64,000 bases of DNA from Longimicrobiales bacterium (GCA_965238005.1 OZ250165.1:512001-576000); one strand, 5' to 3'. Shown: positions 9,634 to 19,973, numbered from the stretch's first letter. The notes: generated from the letters alone by a model not told the origin. Numbers and translations are program-made.

Positions 9634-10662
9634 ATGACGACAGCACCCGACTTCACGAGCGCACTTGAAGCCAAAGTTGCGGAGCAGCTGAAGGCGCAAC
9701 GAGTGGGCTATCTACTCGGGGCTGGTTCGTCAAACCTGGACAATACTGGATACCCGCTCTCCTTTGAGTTGTGGGACCTCATCAAAGACGGGATCACCGA
9801 CACTCAGAAGCGAGCTGACATCCAAGCTAAGCTCGCCGTCGGGGCGAAGGGGATCGAACACGCCCTCGATCTGCTCGACGACGGTGGTGCTATGGACACG
9901 CCGTACCGCCATCTGGTAACTGCCGCCATCGCGGAGCACTTCATGCCCAAGAAGCCAGATCTCGACCTACACATTGACTTTGTGCGTCGCCTGTCAAACC
10001 GTGCCAACCCATCCGTGAAGGTTTTCAATCTCAACTACGACCCGCTTGTCGAACGGGCCGCAGAGGCCGCCACCGTGCGGCTGTCGGACGGTTTCCTTGG
10101 TGCGGAACACGCCTATTTCTACCCGGCAGTGTTCGAGGAGCGCATCGGTCAGATTCGCGGCACCCACAAAGGACGACAATTCGACGAGACGGTGCGGACG
10201 ATCCATCTGCTGAAGCTCCACGGCTCACTGGGCTGGTACGAATGCCCTGAACAGGGCGTACGGCGCTGTGCGTACGGATCACCACCACCGAACAACACGA
10301 AGCGGCTCATGGTACCACCGCAACGCAGGAAGGCACTTGACACTATGCTTCCGCCGTACGCAGCACTGTGGTCTGCTTTTCGCGGGTGTTTGAGTCACAA
10401 TGAGAGGCCGATCAACCGCTTGGCCTGCTTCGGGTACAGCTTCGCCGACGAACATGTGAACACGATCATTGAGGCCGCATTGGCGCGAACGGATTTCACT
10501 CTGCTGATCTTCACCGAGAAAATGTCGGATCCGGCGTGGACTCGTTTGAGTGTGAAGCCGAATACGGTCGTTGTGACGGCAACACGTTGCTCCCTCAAGG
10601 GAGCGGTCGGCCCCGGCCATAAGGACTTATGGCGTTTCGAGCGACTGTGCAAGGAGATTTGA
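9634..10662 (+). CDS. SIR2-like (SIR2_2) NADase of a Sir2-HerA anti-phage system
   Basis: YLLGAGSS, FNLNYDPLVE, LLKLHGSLGW and FGYSFADEHVN sirtuin-like motifs. Confidence 0.88.
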   Translation: MTTAPDFTSALEAKVAEQLKAQRVGYLLGAGSSNLDNTGYPLSFELWDLIKDGITDTQKRADIQAKLAVGAKGIEHALDLLDDGGAMDTPYRHLVTAAIAEHFMPKKPDLDLHIDFVRRLSNRANPSVKVFNLNYDPLVERAAEAATVRLSDGFLGAEHAYFYPAVFEERIGQIRGTHKGRQFDETVRTIHLLKLHGSLGWYECPEQGVRRCAYGSPPPNNTKRLMVPPQRRKALDTMLPPYAALWSAFRGCLSHNERPINRLACFGYSFADEHVNTIIEAALARTDFTLLIFTEKMSDPAWTRLSVKPNTVVVTATRCSLKGAVGPGHKDLWRFERLCKEI

Positions 10663-10665
10663 CCG

Positions 10666-12357
10666 ATGCCCGATTCCTCCAATACCGTGATCGGCCACGT
10701 TGTAGACGTCCAAGGCAATCTTCTCATGGCGACACTGGTCGAGGACGACCAAGGGTACGCGCCGACCGTGACCATAGGTGATGAGGACGTGCTGGTCGGG
10801 CAACTCGGCTCATACGTCGCAGTCAAACAGAACGAGGTTCATCTCATCGCGATAGTCACCCGCATGACCGAACAGGAGGCCTTTGCCGCGCCGACCATTG
10901 AGACGCCCGGCGATGACACCGCGAGGTTGCCCTTCGCCAAGCGAATCGCTCGCCTCACGCCTGTCGGGTCGATTTTCGGGGCCGGCCAGTTCGAGCGTGG
11001 CGTGACGCAATATCCGACGACGGGTGCGGAGGTCCACGCGATTGGCTCAGCAGACATCGCAAGGATGTTCGACCGATTTCAGTCCAAGGGTCTCGCGGTC
11101 GGAACCCTCGCCTCGCACCCCTCGCTCAAAGTTTGTCTGGATCCCACGAACCTGTTCGGCCGTCACTCTGCCATCTTGGGGCAGACCGGATCGGGCAAGT
11201 CGTGGACGGTAGCCTCGATCGTACAAAGGACGGTAGCGGTCATGCCCAGGGCCCACATCATCATCCTTGACCTGCACGGGGAGTACTGCTGGAAGCGGGA
11301 GGACGGAAACCAACACTACGCGTTTTCCGACTCGATCGTCCGCCACGTAGACGCCCGAGATCTCGAGATTCCCTACTGGTTGATGACTTACGCTGAGCTG
11401 TGCGACTTGCTGATCGACGGGACCGAGCAAGCGGCCCACAACCAGACGGCATTCTTCCGCGACACGCTCAGGCAACTCCGCGAGAAGGAAAAGACGCCGC
11501 TCGGACTTCAGCGGGTAACGGTAGATACGCCAGTCTACTTCTCTCTTGATGAACTTGTCGCGGAGGTTGCAACGAAGAACAGTGAAATGGTTCCTGGGTC
11601 AAGGGGGCCCAAGCAGGGCGATATGTTTGGGACTTTTGATCGTTTCCTCGTTCGGCTCGAAAGCAGAATGAACGATGTGCGCTACGACTTCTTGCTCAAG
11701 CCAAAGGTCCGCACGTCCTCCGCCTCACTGAGTGACCTGTTGCGGGACTTCGTAGGCTTGGGTACGCCGAAGGCCACCGTCACCGTGATCGATCTCTCTT
11801 CTGTAGCGTTCGATGTCCGACCAACAGTTGCGGCCCAGATTGGGCGTCTGGCGTTCGAATTCAACTACTGGAACCCAGAGTACCGGGAGTTCCCCATCCT
11901 GCTCATGTGTGAGGAGGCACACGCCTATATCCCACGCGACAGCGAGAGCCAGTACGCGGGCTCTCGGAAGTCGATGGAGCGGATCGCAAAGGAAGGTCGT
12001 AAGTACGGAGTTGGCCTAGCCGTCGTCAGCCAGCGGCCGCACGAAGTATCCGAAACGGTGCTCGCACAGTGCGGCACGTTCATCTGCCTGCGCATAACGA
12101 ACCCGAACGATCAGAGCTACGTCCGGAGCTTGGTGCCCGAGAGTGAGGGCGACTTGGTCAGCGTGCTGGCGGGGTTGGGACGGGGCGAGGCGCTCGTGCT
12201 GGGTGAAGCGGTTCCCCTGCCCACGCGTTTGCAGTTTGAGAAGCCGAACCCGACGCCAAACAGCGACGACGTGGACTTCTACGACAAGTGGACCACCGGC
12301 CCCGACGACTTGGATGTGGACGCAATCGTGAAGCGGTGGCGCAGTCAGGAGCGGTGA
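10666..12357 (+). CDS. herA: HerA/DUF87 family ATPase of a Sir2-HerA anti-phage system
   Basis: N-terminal HAS barrel-like region, GQTGSGKS Walker A, LDLHGEY, MCEEAH Walker B, IAKEGRKYG..VSQRP; 3 bp after the SIR2 stop. Confidence 0.9.
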   Translation: MPDSSNTVIGHVVDVQGNLLMATLVEDDQGYAPTVTIGDEDVLVGQLGSYVAVKQNEVHLIAIVTRMTEQEAFAAPTIETPGDDTARLPFAKRIARLTPVGSIFGAGQFERGVTQYPTTGAEVHAIGSADIARMFDRFQSKGLAVGTLASHPSLKVCLDPTNLFGRHSAILGQTGSGKSWTVASIVQRTVAVMPRAHIIILDLHGEYCWKREDGNQHYAFSDSIVRHVDARDLEIPYWLMTYAELCDLLIDGTEQAAHNQTAFFRDTLRQLREKEKTPLGLQRVTVDTPVYFSLDELVAEVATKNSEMVPGSRGPKQGDMFGTFDRFLVRLESRMNDVRYDFLLKPKVRTSSASLSDLLRDFVGLGTPKATVTVIDLSSVAFDVRPTVAAQIGRLAFEFNYWNPEYREFPILLMCEEAHAYIPRDSESQYAGSRKSMERIAKEGRKYGVGLAVVSQRPHEVSETVLAQCGTFICLRITNPNDQSYVRSLVPESEGDLVSVLAGLGRGEALVLGEAVPLPTRLQFEKPNPTPNSDDVDFYDKWTTGPDDLDVDAIVKRWRSQER

Positions 12358-12410
12358 GAGGCGGCGGTGTGCAGTCGTTGCGTGGCGGAGTAAAATTAGG
12401 CCGGCCGCCG

Positions 12411-12450
12411 GCATCGCACAAAGACAGACGAAGGTTGTTTTGTGCGATGC
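12411..12450. other. Strong hairpin between herA and the NYN gene
   Basis: GCATCGCACAAA / TTTGTGCGATGC perfect 12-bp stem, extendable to a GAAG loop; no U-tract after it. Confidence 0.7.
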
Positions 12451-12519
12451 GAGAGGGATGTATTGCGAGGCTGTCTGTGGGCAAGGCAGGGGTTTCGAGT
12501 TCTGTACTAGATGTTCCCT

Positions 12520-12825
12520 ATGGCTCAGCGTGGCAAAACGATCGTCTACTTCGACAACTCGAACATCTTCCACAGTCAGATGAACGCGGGCTGGAAGATT
12601 GATGCAGAGAAGTTGCAGGCACGCCTGGGGCAACATGGTCCAATCTGGCAGGTCTACTTCTTCGGTGCAGTCACAGAACCACCCCGGTACATGCAAACCG
12701 CCTTTTACCGCACGTTGAAAGAGAAGCTTCCCTGGGAAACACTCATTCTGCCCCTTGGTCAGAAAACCGTCCGGTGTCTAAAATGTAGCCAGAATCGTCG
12801 CACGTACACCGAAAAAGGTGTCGAT
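12520..12825 (+). pseudogene. NYN/LabA (PIN-like) ribonuclease, truncated by IS256
   Basis: IVYFDNSNIF, CxxC (CLKC) and EKGVD motifs. The IS256 IR starts immediately after the EKGVD codons, and the SGDxD half is absent. Confidence 0.85.
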
Positions 12826-14205
12826 GGAGGTCGGGTCAATAGGTGTGTAAACGTTTCAGGCGGCTGCTTTGCGCTGATGAGCTGAGACGGGCTTTCCGTC
12901 CCTGAACTTCCTTTCTCCAAACACGTCCTCGAGCAGGTGTGGAGCGTCGAGCCTTCTGAAGCGTTTCTCCGCCACCGTGAGGAGCTTCCAGATGAGGGCG
13001 GTAGCACTGTCGACGCGCTTAAATCGTTTTGCTGCCGACGTGCGGAGCCGTACCGAAGCGAACGGACTTTCCACCACATTCGTCGTCCGTAGATGCTTCC
13101 AGTGGGCTTCGGGGAAGTCGTAGTACGTGACCATGCGGTCCCAGTCATCCTCGAGCACCGTCACAGCTTTCGGGTACCACGGCCCATAACGCTTGCCGAA
13201 CGCCTGACGAGCTTTGAGCGCCGCGGCCCGTGTCGAGGCGTAGACGACTGTGCGCAGCAGTTCCTTGGCCTCTGACTGCTCGCGCTGCGGCAGCCGATCC
13301 AGGACGTTCCTCATCTTGTGATTCCAGCACCGCTGCTCGCCGGCCTCAGGCCACACCGTCCTCGCCGCGCCCCAGATCGCTGCGTTACCGTCGGCCATCA
13401 GTAGCTTCGGCGCTGCGAGGCCTCGAGCCTTGAGACCCCGAAAGACCTCCGCCCACGAGTCCGTTGACTCCCGGTAGCCTGATGTGACGGCCAGAACCTC
13501 TTTCGTCCCGTCGCGCATGGCTCCCATCACCACCAGCAGCGCCGCTTTGTCTCGCTCCAGGCCCGCCTTCACGTAGATCCCGTCCGCCCATACGTAGACG
13601 ACCTCACGGTCCGCCAAGGACCGCTTCGCCCACGTCTCGAACTCACTCGACCACACGGCCCTGAGCCTGCGGATCGAAGCCTTCGACAGCGGCGCCCCCT
13701 CACCGAGTAGGCCCCTGAGTGCCAGCTCGAAATCCCCCTCGGCCAACCCGTGTAGGTACAGCTCCGGTATCAACTCACCTACCTCCTTCGTCCGTCTCGC
13801 AAACAGCGGCAACACCCGACTCTCGAAGCGTTCCTCCAGACCCCGTACCCGGGGGCGTCGCACCGTGATCGTGCCCGAACTCATCGACAGCCGCCGCGCC
13901 TTGCCGTACCCGTTGCGGTAGCCAGGCGCCGCATCCACGGCTGCCTTCCGCTCTGACTTCTCACGGCCGAGGAGCTCGGTGACTTCTTCCTCCATGATCT
14001 GTTGGATGAACTCCCTGCGCCTTCTCCCTAACCATCCCCTCGAGCGTCTCCCACATCGGCGTGGTGGACTCGGTCTCGGGTCCCGCGATATCCTCTCTCA
14101 TGAGGCGACGTTCCTTTCCCCGGGCTGTCACCCGGGCTCGCTGGTTTAAATCTCAGCGCAAAGGTACGTCGCCTCTCTTTTTACACACCCTTTGATCCTA
14201 GCTCC
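12826..14205 (-). mobile_element. IS256 family insertion sequence
   Basis: 25-bp imperfect IRs (20/25): GGAGGTCGGGTCAATAGGTGTGTAA vs GGAGCTAGGATCAAAGGGTGTGTAA; no flanking direct repeat. Confidence 0.9.
12856..14101 (-). pseudogene. IS256 transposase with a frameshift near the 5' end
   Basis: YRNGY, WADG, MADG, QRCWNHK, LRTTNVVES motifs. The natural start ATG 14101 is out of frame by one extra G at about 14015 (CAG-G-GAG). Confidence 0.8.
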
Positions 14206-14440
14206 CGTGACACCAATCTGCAGACCAAACGGACATACCTAAGAATGCAATAGACAAGCGCCCCCCCCTGATCGGCATGCCCCGATCGGCACCGGGCCTC
14301 GGCTCGTGATTCGCCACAAATCTTGGTCCGGCGCAAGGGCAACAAGCAGCGTGACAACGGGGGAGGCAACGATCAGATAGATCGAGAAGACTCTGTATAC
14401 TGTCTTGGACGAGCAGGCCCGATTATCGTAGTACCCGGCG

Positions 14441-15622
14441 CTAGAACCGCACGTTCAGCAGCGGCACTTTCCAGGCCAGCTCATCCCGCCCTTTTGACCT
14501 CACGGCGGGCTCCCACACCGGCGACGGTAGCGGCACCGAGAGGGACCACTCTCCACGAGACCAGTTCAGCAACGCGCCGGGCGCGGGGAACCCGGCAGCC
14601 TGGGCGTCCTCGCTGGGGTCCTCTTCACTACTGTCACCCTCCGTCAGCGCCGCGCCGAGGAGCAACCCGACAATGCTGCCCACGAGGGGAATCCCGATCT
14701 GAGCGTCATCGTCGTCCGGCTGGGCGATCAGCACCATGCCGATGCCACCCACCCCGCCCATCAACCCGCCGACGCTGATTAGACGGGCCCTCGAACGGCT
14801 GAGAGGCCACTGGCTTCCGGCGAGCGCGCCGCCCGCCAGCCCCGCGTTCCCGGTGAGCGCCACGGTTGTCCAAGCCGTGTTCTCGTCCATTTCCATCAGG
14901 ATCGCCGACGCCAGTCCGAACCACGATCCCCACAGGCTGCCCAGCATGGCCGAGGTGGAGGTCCCCGGCGTGATTTCTCGCCGCGCCGCCAGGGCGCCGC
15001 CCGCAATGCCGACCGCGCCGGCGACAATCATCGAAGCGACGACGGCCTGGACACTCTGTTCTTCGTGGATCACGATGTCGCCTTCGATCAGGCGCTCGCC
15101 GCCGCCCAGATCCAGGGCGTTGGCCCAGCCCATGCCCTGCAGTGCGCCCCATGTGCCTCCCCATGTGCCTCCCCATGTGATGGCCAGGGCCTGACCCAGC
15201 GACACCGGTCGGGAGCTGGCGAGAGCGCGTCCGGCAAAGAATCCCGCCGGCCCTCCCACCAGGAGTCCGAGCCCGTACGACTCCGAACCATCCGCGTCCA
15301 GGGCCATCGGCACCGCGACCCCCATCCAGATACCGTAGAGCGCGGACCAGACCTTGAGTTCGGTCTCGCCCCCGGCCTGGAACCGTTCCGCCGTAGCGGC
15401 GTCCAGTTGGGCGCGCGCGGTAGCGGCGGCGGGTGTCTCCGGGAACCGGTCGGCGATATGCCGGTAGAGCGCCTCGGCCACGTCGCTTTCTCCCCGGCTC
15501 TCGAGCTCCGAGGCCACGCCGAGAAGAACGGCCGCCGAGTCGGCCGGGGCAACCTGGGCGGACGCCGGCCTGGGTGTGGACACCACAGCGACCAGCAAGG
15601 CGACGACCAAAACGGCGCGCAT
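14441..15622 (-). CDS. Hypothetical exported/membrane protein (signal peptide, TPR-like helix pair, Gly-rich hydrophobic repeats)
   Basis: MRAVLVV...ASA-Q signal peptide, AEALYRHIADRFPETPAA, glycine-zipper-like segments, C-terminal Phe. Confidence 0.7.
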   Translation of the reverse strand: MRAVLVVALLVAVVSTPRPASAQVAPADSAAVLLGVASELESRGESDVAEALYRHIADRFPETPAAATARAQLDAATAERFQAGGETELKVWSALYGIWMGVAVPMALDADGSESYGLGLLVGGPAGFFAGRALASSRPVSLGQALAITWGGTWGGTWGALQGMGWANALDLGGGERLIEGDIVIHEEQSVQAVVASMIVAGAVGIAGGALAARREITPGTSTSAMLGSLWGSWFGLASAILMEMDENTAWTTVALTGNAGLAGGALAGSQWPLSRSRARLISVGGLMGGVGGIGMVLIAQPDDDDAQIGIPLVGSIVGLLLGAALTEGDSSEEDPSEDAQAAGFPAPGALLNWSRGEWSLSVPLPSPVWEPAVRSKGRDELAWKVPLLNVRF

Positions 15623-16051
15623 GACAAAAACTATAGAACAGATCATCAATGATCATAGTCTCGTGCTTGGGCTTCATGTGCCAGTTCCGCGCTGCTACGA
15701 GAGATCACGGCCGCCGAAGAACACCGGCTTCAGTCCGACATCGAAACGACCGTGAACGAAGAAGCTCGGTCTGCCTATCGGCCGACAAAACATCGTCCAG
15801 ACCTGTTGCTGGAAAGCTCAAGGCGAGGGCGATCATGGATACCGAATCAACCCCTTCATCGTAACCGCGCGACCGTTCCCGCCCGACAGGTCCTGAGACC
15901 TGTCTCAATCAATTTCGACCTGTCTGCTGGCATTGACGCCCGGTCCGGGCGGCAGTGTTTGTACGCTCGATTTCCCGCAGCTATAAGTGCACTCGATTAT
16001 GGGGGATGGGGTCAGCCATACCGGGGAGAGTGCCACCGCGTCAACGTCACG

Positions 16052-16498
16052 TCAGGCCAGGACCCCTCGCTCACGCATCGCCTTTGCGTAAAAGACCAAC
16101 CCCAGCGCAACCAGGAAGACTGCCACGCTGAAGATGAGCCCGAACATCCCGTTCACTTCGAAGGCATTGGAGAGAGCGTAGTTCTGGATGGCTGTTATCA
16201 ACATCGAGACGAAAGAAACCATGAATACCGAGACGGCTAGGCTCTTCCTCAGCAGAAGAAGGATGGAGCCAAGCACGCCACCGCAAACGGCGATCGCCCA
16301 GAACGCGACGACCCAGGACGGAAAGCCGTAGAAGAACTCGAGCTGCTCTGGTGTGAACTGACCCATGTACGACTCGTTCTGCGTCTGGGTCATGAGATAG
16401 TCGAACGCGCCCATGGCATTCCACAGCAGCGTGACGATACCGATGACCCAGAGGTGCTTCGGCGTCTGCACGGCTTCTGCGTACGGGGTCTCAGACAC
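16052..16498 (-). CDS. Hypothetical four-TM membrane protein
   Basis: 148 aa, four hydrophobic segments, good RBS (GAGGAG). Confidence 0.75.
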   Translation of the reverse strand: MSETPYAEAVQTPKHLWVIGIVTLLWNAMGAFDYLMTQTQNESYMGQFTPEQLEFFYGFPSWVVAFWAIAVCGGVLGSILLLLRKSLAVSVFMVSFVSMLITAIQNYALSNAFEVNGMFGLIFSVAVFLVALGLVFYAKAMRERGVLA

Positions 16499-16760
16499 GA
16501 GTTCTTTCTCCTCTAGGCCGTAGGGTAAGTCATTCTAGCCGATGCGTTGAGGCGCGTTGAACGTGGGCACCACGATGCTCCCGCGCATACCGAGCCGCAA
16601 CCAGAATCCCCCCGACTCGCGGGCCACACCTTAGCAACCTGTCTTATTCGCTTCCGACCCGTCCTCCCAAACCGCCTCGCTGGTCTCGAAAGAGGGCTCG
16701 TAATACCTCGTCCTCCCACGGAATCGTTCGGGGGGAGGGTCACGTTCAGGTCAGGGGCGA

Positions 16761-17627
16761 TCAAGCCAGCGCGGCTGGTACCCGTGCCGCCCACTCCGCG
16801 AAGCGGGTCCAGCCTACTTCCGGATAAGACGAGCGGAGGCCATCGATATCCGCCGCGTATCCGGTAGTGACGAACCATTCGTACATGAGGGCGAGGTCCT
16901 CGTTGAAGGACCGAATGCTGTCGATCGGTACTTCGACAACGGAGATCGGCCTGCCCAGGATGCCGGCCAGCACATTCGCCGACTGCTGCGAAGAGAGCTC
17001 ATCGCCCGCGATGTCGATACGCGTTCCAGCGAACTCGGCGGGATTGGCCAGCACATGGGCAGCGAACGCCCCGATGTCCTCGGTTGCGATCTGCTGTAGC
17101 GGAAGACCCGGGGGGAGCGCGATCGCATAAGTGCCTTCCTTAAGGCCGTTGAGTATGTCCGGAAATAGCAGGTTGCTCATGAAGTACACGGGAGCGATGA
17201 CGGACCAGCGGAGATCACTCGACACGAGACGCTCCTCGACCCGATACTTGCTGTCAAAATGGGGGATGCCAGTGGCCTTGTTCGCGGACGCGACAGAGCT
17301 GAATACGAAGTGGTCCACCCCTGCCGCTGCGGCCGCATCGACAAGTGCCACACCCTGGGCCGTCTCGGCATCGACGCCCTCCTCGAACGGCGTGGTCATC
17401 GCGAAGACCACATCCACACCCTTGAGTACCGTGGTGAGGGACTCCGCGTCGGCGAACTCCGCCCGTACCATCTCCGCACCCATCACCCTAAGGTGCTTCG
17501 AGGGTTCGGATTCGGTGTTGCGCGCCATTCCGCGCACGCGGAAGCCGCTCTCGAGAAGTCGACGTGCGACCGCCCCCCCCTGCTGCCCCGTGGCCCCGGT
17601 AACCAAGGCCAGCCTGCTGTCAGACAT
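16761..17627 (-). CDS. NmrA/HSCARG family NAD(P)-binding protein
   Basis: Start ATG 17627 with RBS GGAGG; LVTGATGQQGGAV, HFVFSSV, IPHFDSK motifs. Confidence 0.88.
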   Translation of the reverse strand: MSDSRLALVTGATGQQGGAVARRLLESGFRVRGMARNTESEPSKHLRVMGAEMVRAEFADAESLTTVLKGVDVVFAMTTPFEEGVDAETAQGVALVDAAAAAGVDHFVFSSVASANKATGIPHFDSKYRVEERLVSSDLRWSVIAPVYFMSNLLFPDILNGLKEGTYAIALPPGLPLQQIATEDIGAFAAHVLANPAEFAGTRIDIAGDELSSQQSANVLAGILGRPISVVEVPIDSIRSFNEDLALMYEWFVTTGYAADIDGLRSSYPEVGWTRFAEWAARVPAALA

Positions 17628-17646
17628 GATCGAACCTCCAGCTAAA

Positions 17647-18993
17647 TAGTACCGGTTCCGGTTTGCTGGACAAGTCGGCGGCCTAATCAAGCCGCCTTCA
17701 GGGTGAGCTCCTGACGGACCTGGGCCGGGGTCCGATACCCATGCCGCTCTAGGAGCCACCCGCGGTTGTAGCGTTCGATAAACGCGTCGATCTCCTGTCT
17801 GGCCTCCTCGAGACTCTTGAAGTCGTGGAGGTACAAGCACTCCTCCTTCAGCGTCCGCATGAAGCGCTCTGCGACGCCGTTGCACTCCGGCTCTCCCACG
17901 TACGAGGCCGTCGAGCGGATCCCGAGCCAGGCCAGCTCCCCCTGGAACTGATGCGCCGTGTACTGCGGTCCCCAGTCGTGCCGTAGGCCGAGCCCCAGAG
18001 CGATCTTGGGCGCGTAGTCGTCCATGTGGGTCCGTACGCCCTGGCGGATCGGCTCGAGCGCTGCCCACCGATCGCCCTTCTTCGCCACGTGCCAGCCCAC
18101 CACGTCCGTGACGCAGTGATCCACCGCCACGAAAAACCAGCACCACCCATCCTCCTTCGTGTAGAACCGCGTCGCGTCCGTGCCCCACAGCTCGTTCGGC
18201 ACGTCCGTCGTGATCCGGCCACTGTGGCTCCGGTCCCCATGCGGATGCTTCCCGCGTCGTACAGGGGCCAGCAGCCCATTCTCCCGCATCAGCCTGAGCA
18301 CGCGGTTCTTGCCCACATGGATCCCCTTCGGCCTCAGGCGCGCCCTCACCTTTCGATGACCCTCGCCCAGGAAGTCGCTCTGCTTCAGCACCTGTCGGAT
18401 CTCCTCTACCAACTCCTCGTCGCTCAGCTTCGTCTTCGGTCCTCGTTTCTTCGGCTCTGCCGGCCCCTCGCTCTCTTCTCGATCCCGGGCCGCATAGACC
18501 GTCGAGCGCCCCACCCGCCAGGCCTCGCAGATCATCGTCAGAGGGTAGGGCCGCCCGGTCCCCGGACTCACTCGCGTCCACGCTTCAAGAGCGTCCGTAG
18601 CTCGTCCCCGTACCCCCTTTTTTCCAGGAGCTCTCTCGCAAGCTCCAGTCGCATCGTCAACTCTCCCAGCTTCGCCTGGGTCCGGGTCAGCTCTCGTTCT
18701 CCAGGGTCCCGGCCCCGGCGCCTCAGCCCCTGCTGACCGGTCTCCAGAAACACCCGCCGCCATTCCTCCAACTCCGGTGGTGAGACCTGCACCTCGCGGC
18801 TGACCTCCACCAGATCCTCCCCCCGCAGCAGGCGCAGCACCACCTCCGTCTTATGCTGTGCGCTCCACCGCTCGGGTACCTTCTCACGACCTTCGGTCGC
18901 CTTCTTTTCCCTCGGCTTCTGGGCCATCACGTCCCTTTCTCTCTGGACCCGCTCTCTTTGCCAATCTACTGTCCAGAGAAACCGGGGGCGCTA
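17647..18993 (-). mobile_element. IS3 family insertion sequence
   Basis: Imperfect IRs (CCGGTTTGCTGGACA / TGTCCAGAGAAACCGG); GCTAAATAG repeated directly at 17641-17649 and 18990-18998. Exact ends uncertain by a few bp. Confidence 0.82.
17687..18930 (-). CDS. IS3 family transposase orfA (18568-18930) + orfB (rve DDE domain)
   Basis: orfA HTH; orfB WGTD, RHDWGPQY, NGVAERFMRTLKEE. An A6G motif (about 18618-18624, minus strand) is compatible with -1 frameshifting. Confidence 0.88.
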
Positions 18994-19129
18994 AATAGGA
19001 ATCCAAAGGCATTCTGCGGCTGGAAGACAAGATAGGGCGCGATGTGGTGGACGAGCCAGGTTGAGGGAACAGGGTCCGACTACGTCACCGAGCGTGGGAC
19101 GGCCTCGTGCCGCAGTTCCAACTGCGAGC

Positions 19130-19250
19130 CCCGGGGGGGACGGCAGGTCAGGATCCGGGACGTTCGACTTCCTCGGCTTCACGATGTACTGGTGCAGGAC
19201 GCGCCGGGGAGGGTGGCGTCCGGGTGAAGACACGCACGGCGAGGGTCCAG
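19130..19250 (+). pseudogene. Small remnant of a group II intron reverse transcriptase/maturase
   Basis: GSGTFDFLGFTMYWCRTRRGGWR..VKTR resembles the RT domain 7 FDFLGFTHYW motif; no YADD motif or intron ends are seen. Confidence 0.6.
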
Positions 19251-19568
19251 AGATTCCTCACAACGGGGTTTGCGGTGGCGATCCTCTCCTCGGGCGCATT
19301 CGATGTCCGGCCCCTGATCAACAAGACGACGGTCAACGGGACGCTTGGCGTCCTCGGCATCATGGTGTTCGCAACCATCGAGGGTTTGGTCTCCGAGGTG
19401 GTTGAAGCTCGCCTTGGCCTGCCGGACATGGTCGGTGCTGCCGTCTCGGGCGGGCTGGTGGCGGGTATCTTCCTCCCGCTGCGAGGCAGGTTCTCAAGAG
19501 GAGTAAATCGGCTGCTGCGATGGACGGATGACGGCAGCGAGGAGCCCAAGGCCCAAGAGGTCGGTTAG
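19250..19568 (+). pseudogene. C-terminal fragment of a membrane protein
   Basis: FAVAILSSGAFDVRPLINKT...FLPLRGRFSRGVNR; hydrophobic helices, no proper start. Confidence 0.45.
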
Positions 19569-19658
19569 CTCGTCGCGCTGTCGGTGCCGCCCTGGTTCTG
19601 CTTGCGCCTACCGGACCGCCCTCGGATGTTGACCTCGGTCTGATCCCGGAGTGCGCCC

Positions 19659-19973
19659 GTGTCCGATGGAGTTGTCCGCCTTAACGCCGCCCTAGAAGGT
19701 CGATACGCCATCGAGCGTGAGCTGGGCCGAGGTGGCATGGCCACAGTCTACCTGGCCGACGACCTCAAGCACGAGCGCAAGGTCGCGCTCAAGGTCCTGA
19801 GGCCCGAGTTGGCCGCAGTAGTCGGTGCCGAACGTTTCCTGGCCGAAATCAAGACCACCGCCAACCTCCAGCATCCCCACATCCTGCCGCTGCATGATTC
19901 GGGCGTGGCGCACGGGCTCCTGTTCTACGTGATGCCCTACGTGGAGGGTGAGAGCCTCAGAGAGAAGCCCTGA
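19659..19973 (+). pseudogene. Truncated Hanks-type Ser/Thr protein kinase (N-lobe only)
   Basis: LGRGGMATVY, VALKVL, HPHILPLHDSG, YVMPYVEGESLR; stops before the HRD catalytic loop. Confidence 0.88.

Noticed and set aside
16761..18581. 606-aa ORF apparently fusing IS sequence to NmrA
   Set aside because: An alternative frame of the IS3 element reads through by chance; nmrA has its own RBS and ATG at 17627.
19130..19250. Functional retron, DGR or group II intron
   Set aside because: Only about 35 codons of RT-like sequence; no YADD motif, intron domains or template/variable repeats.
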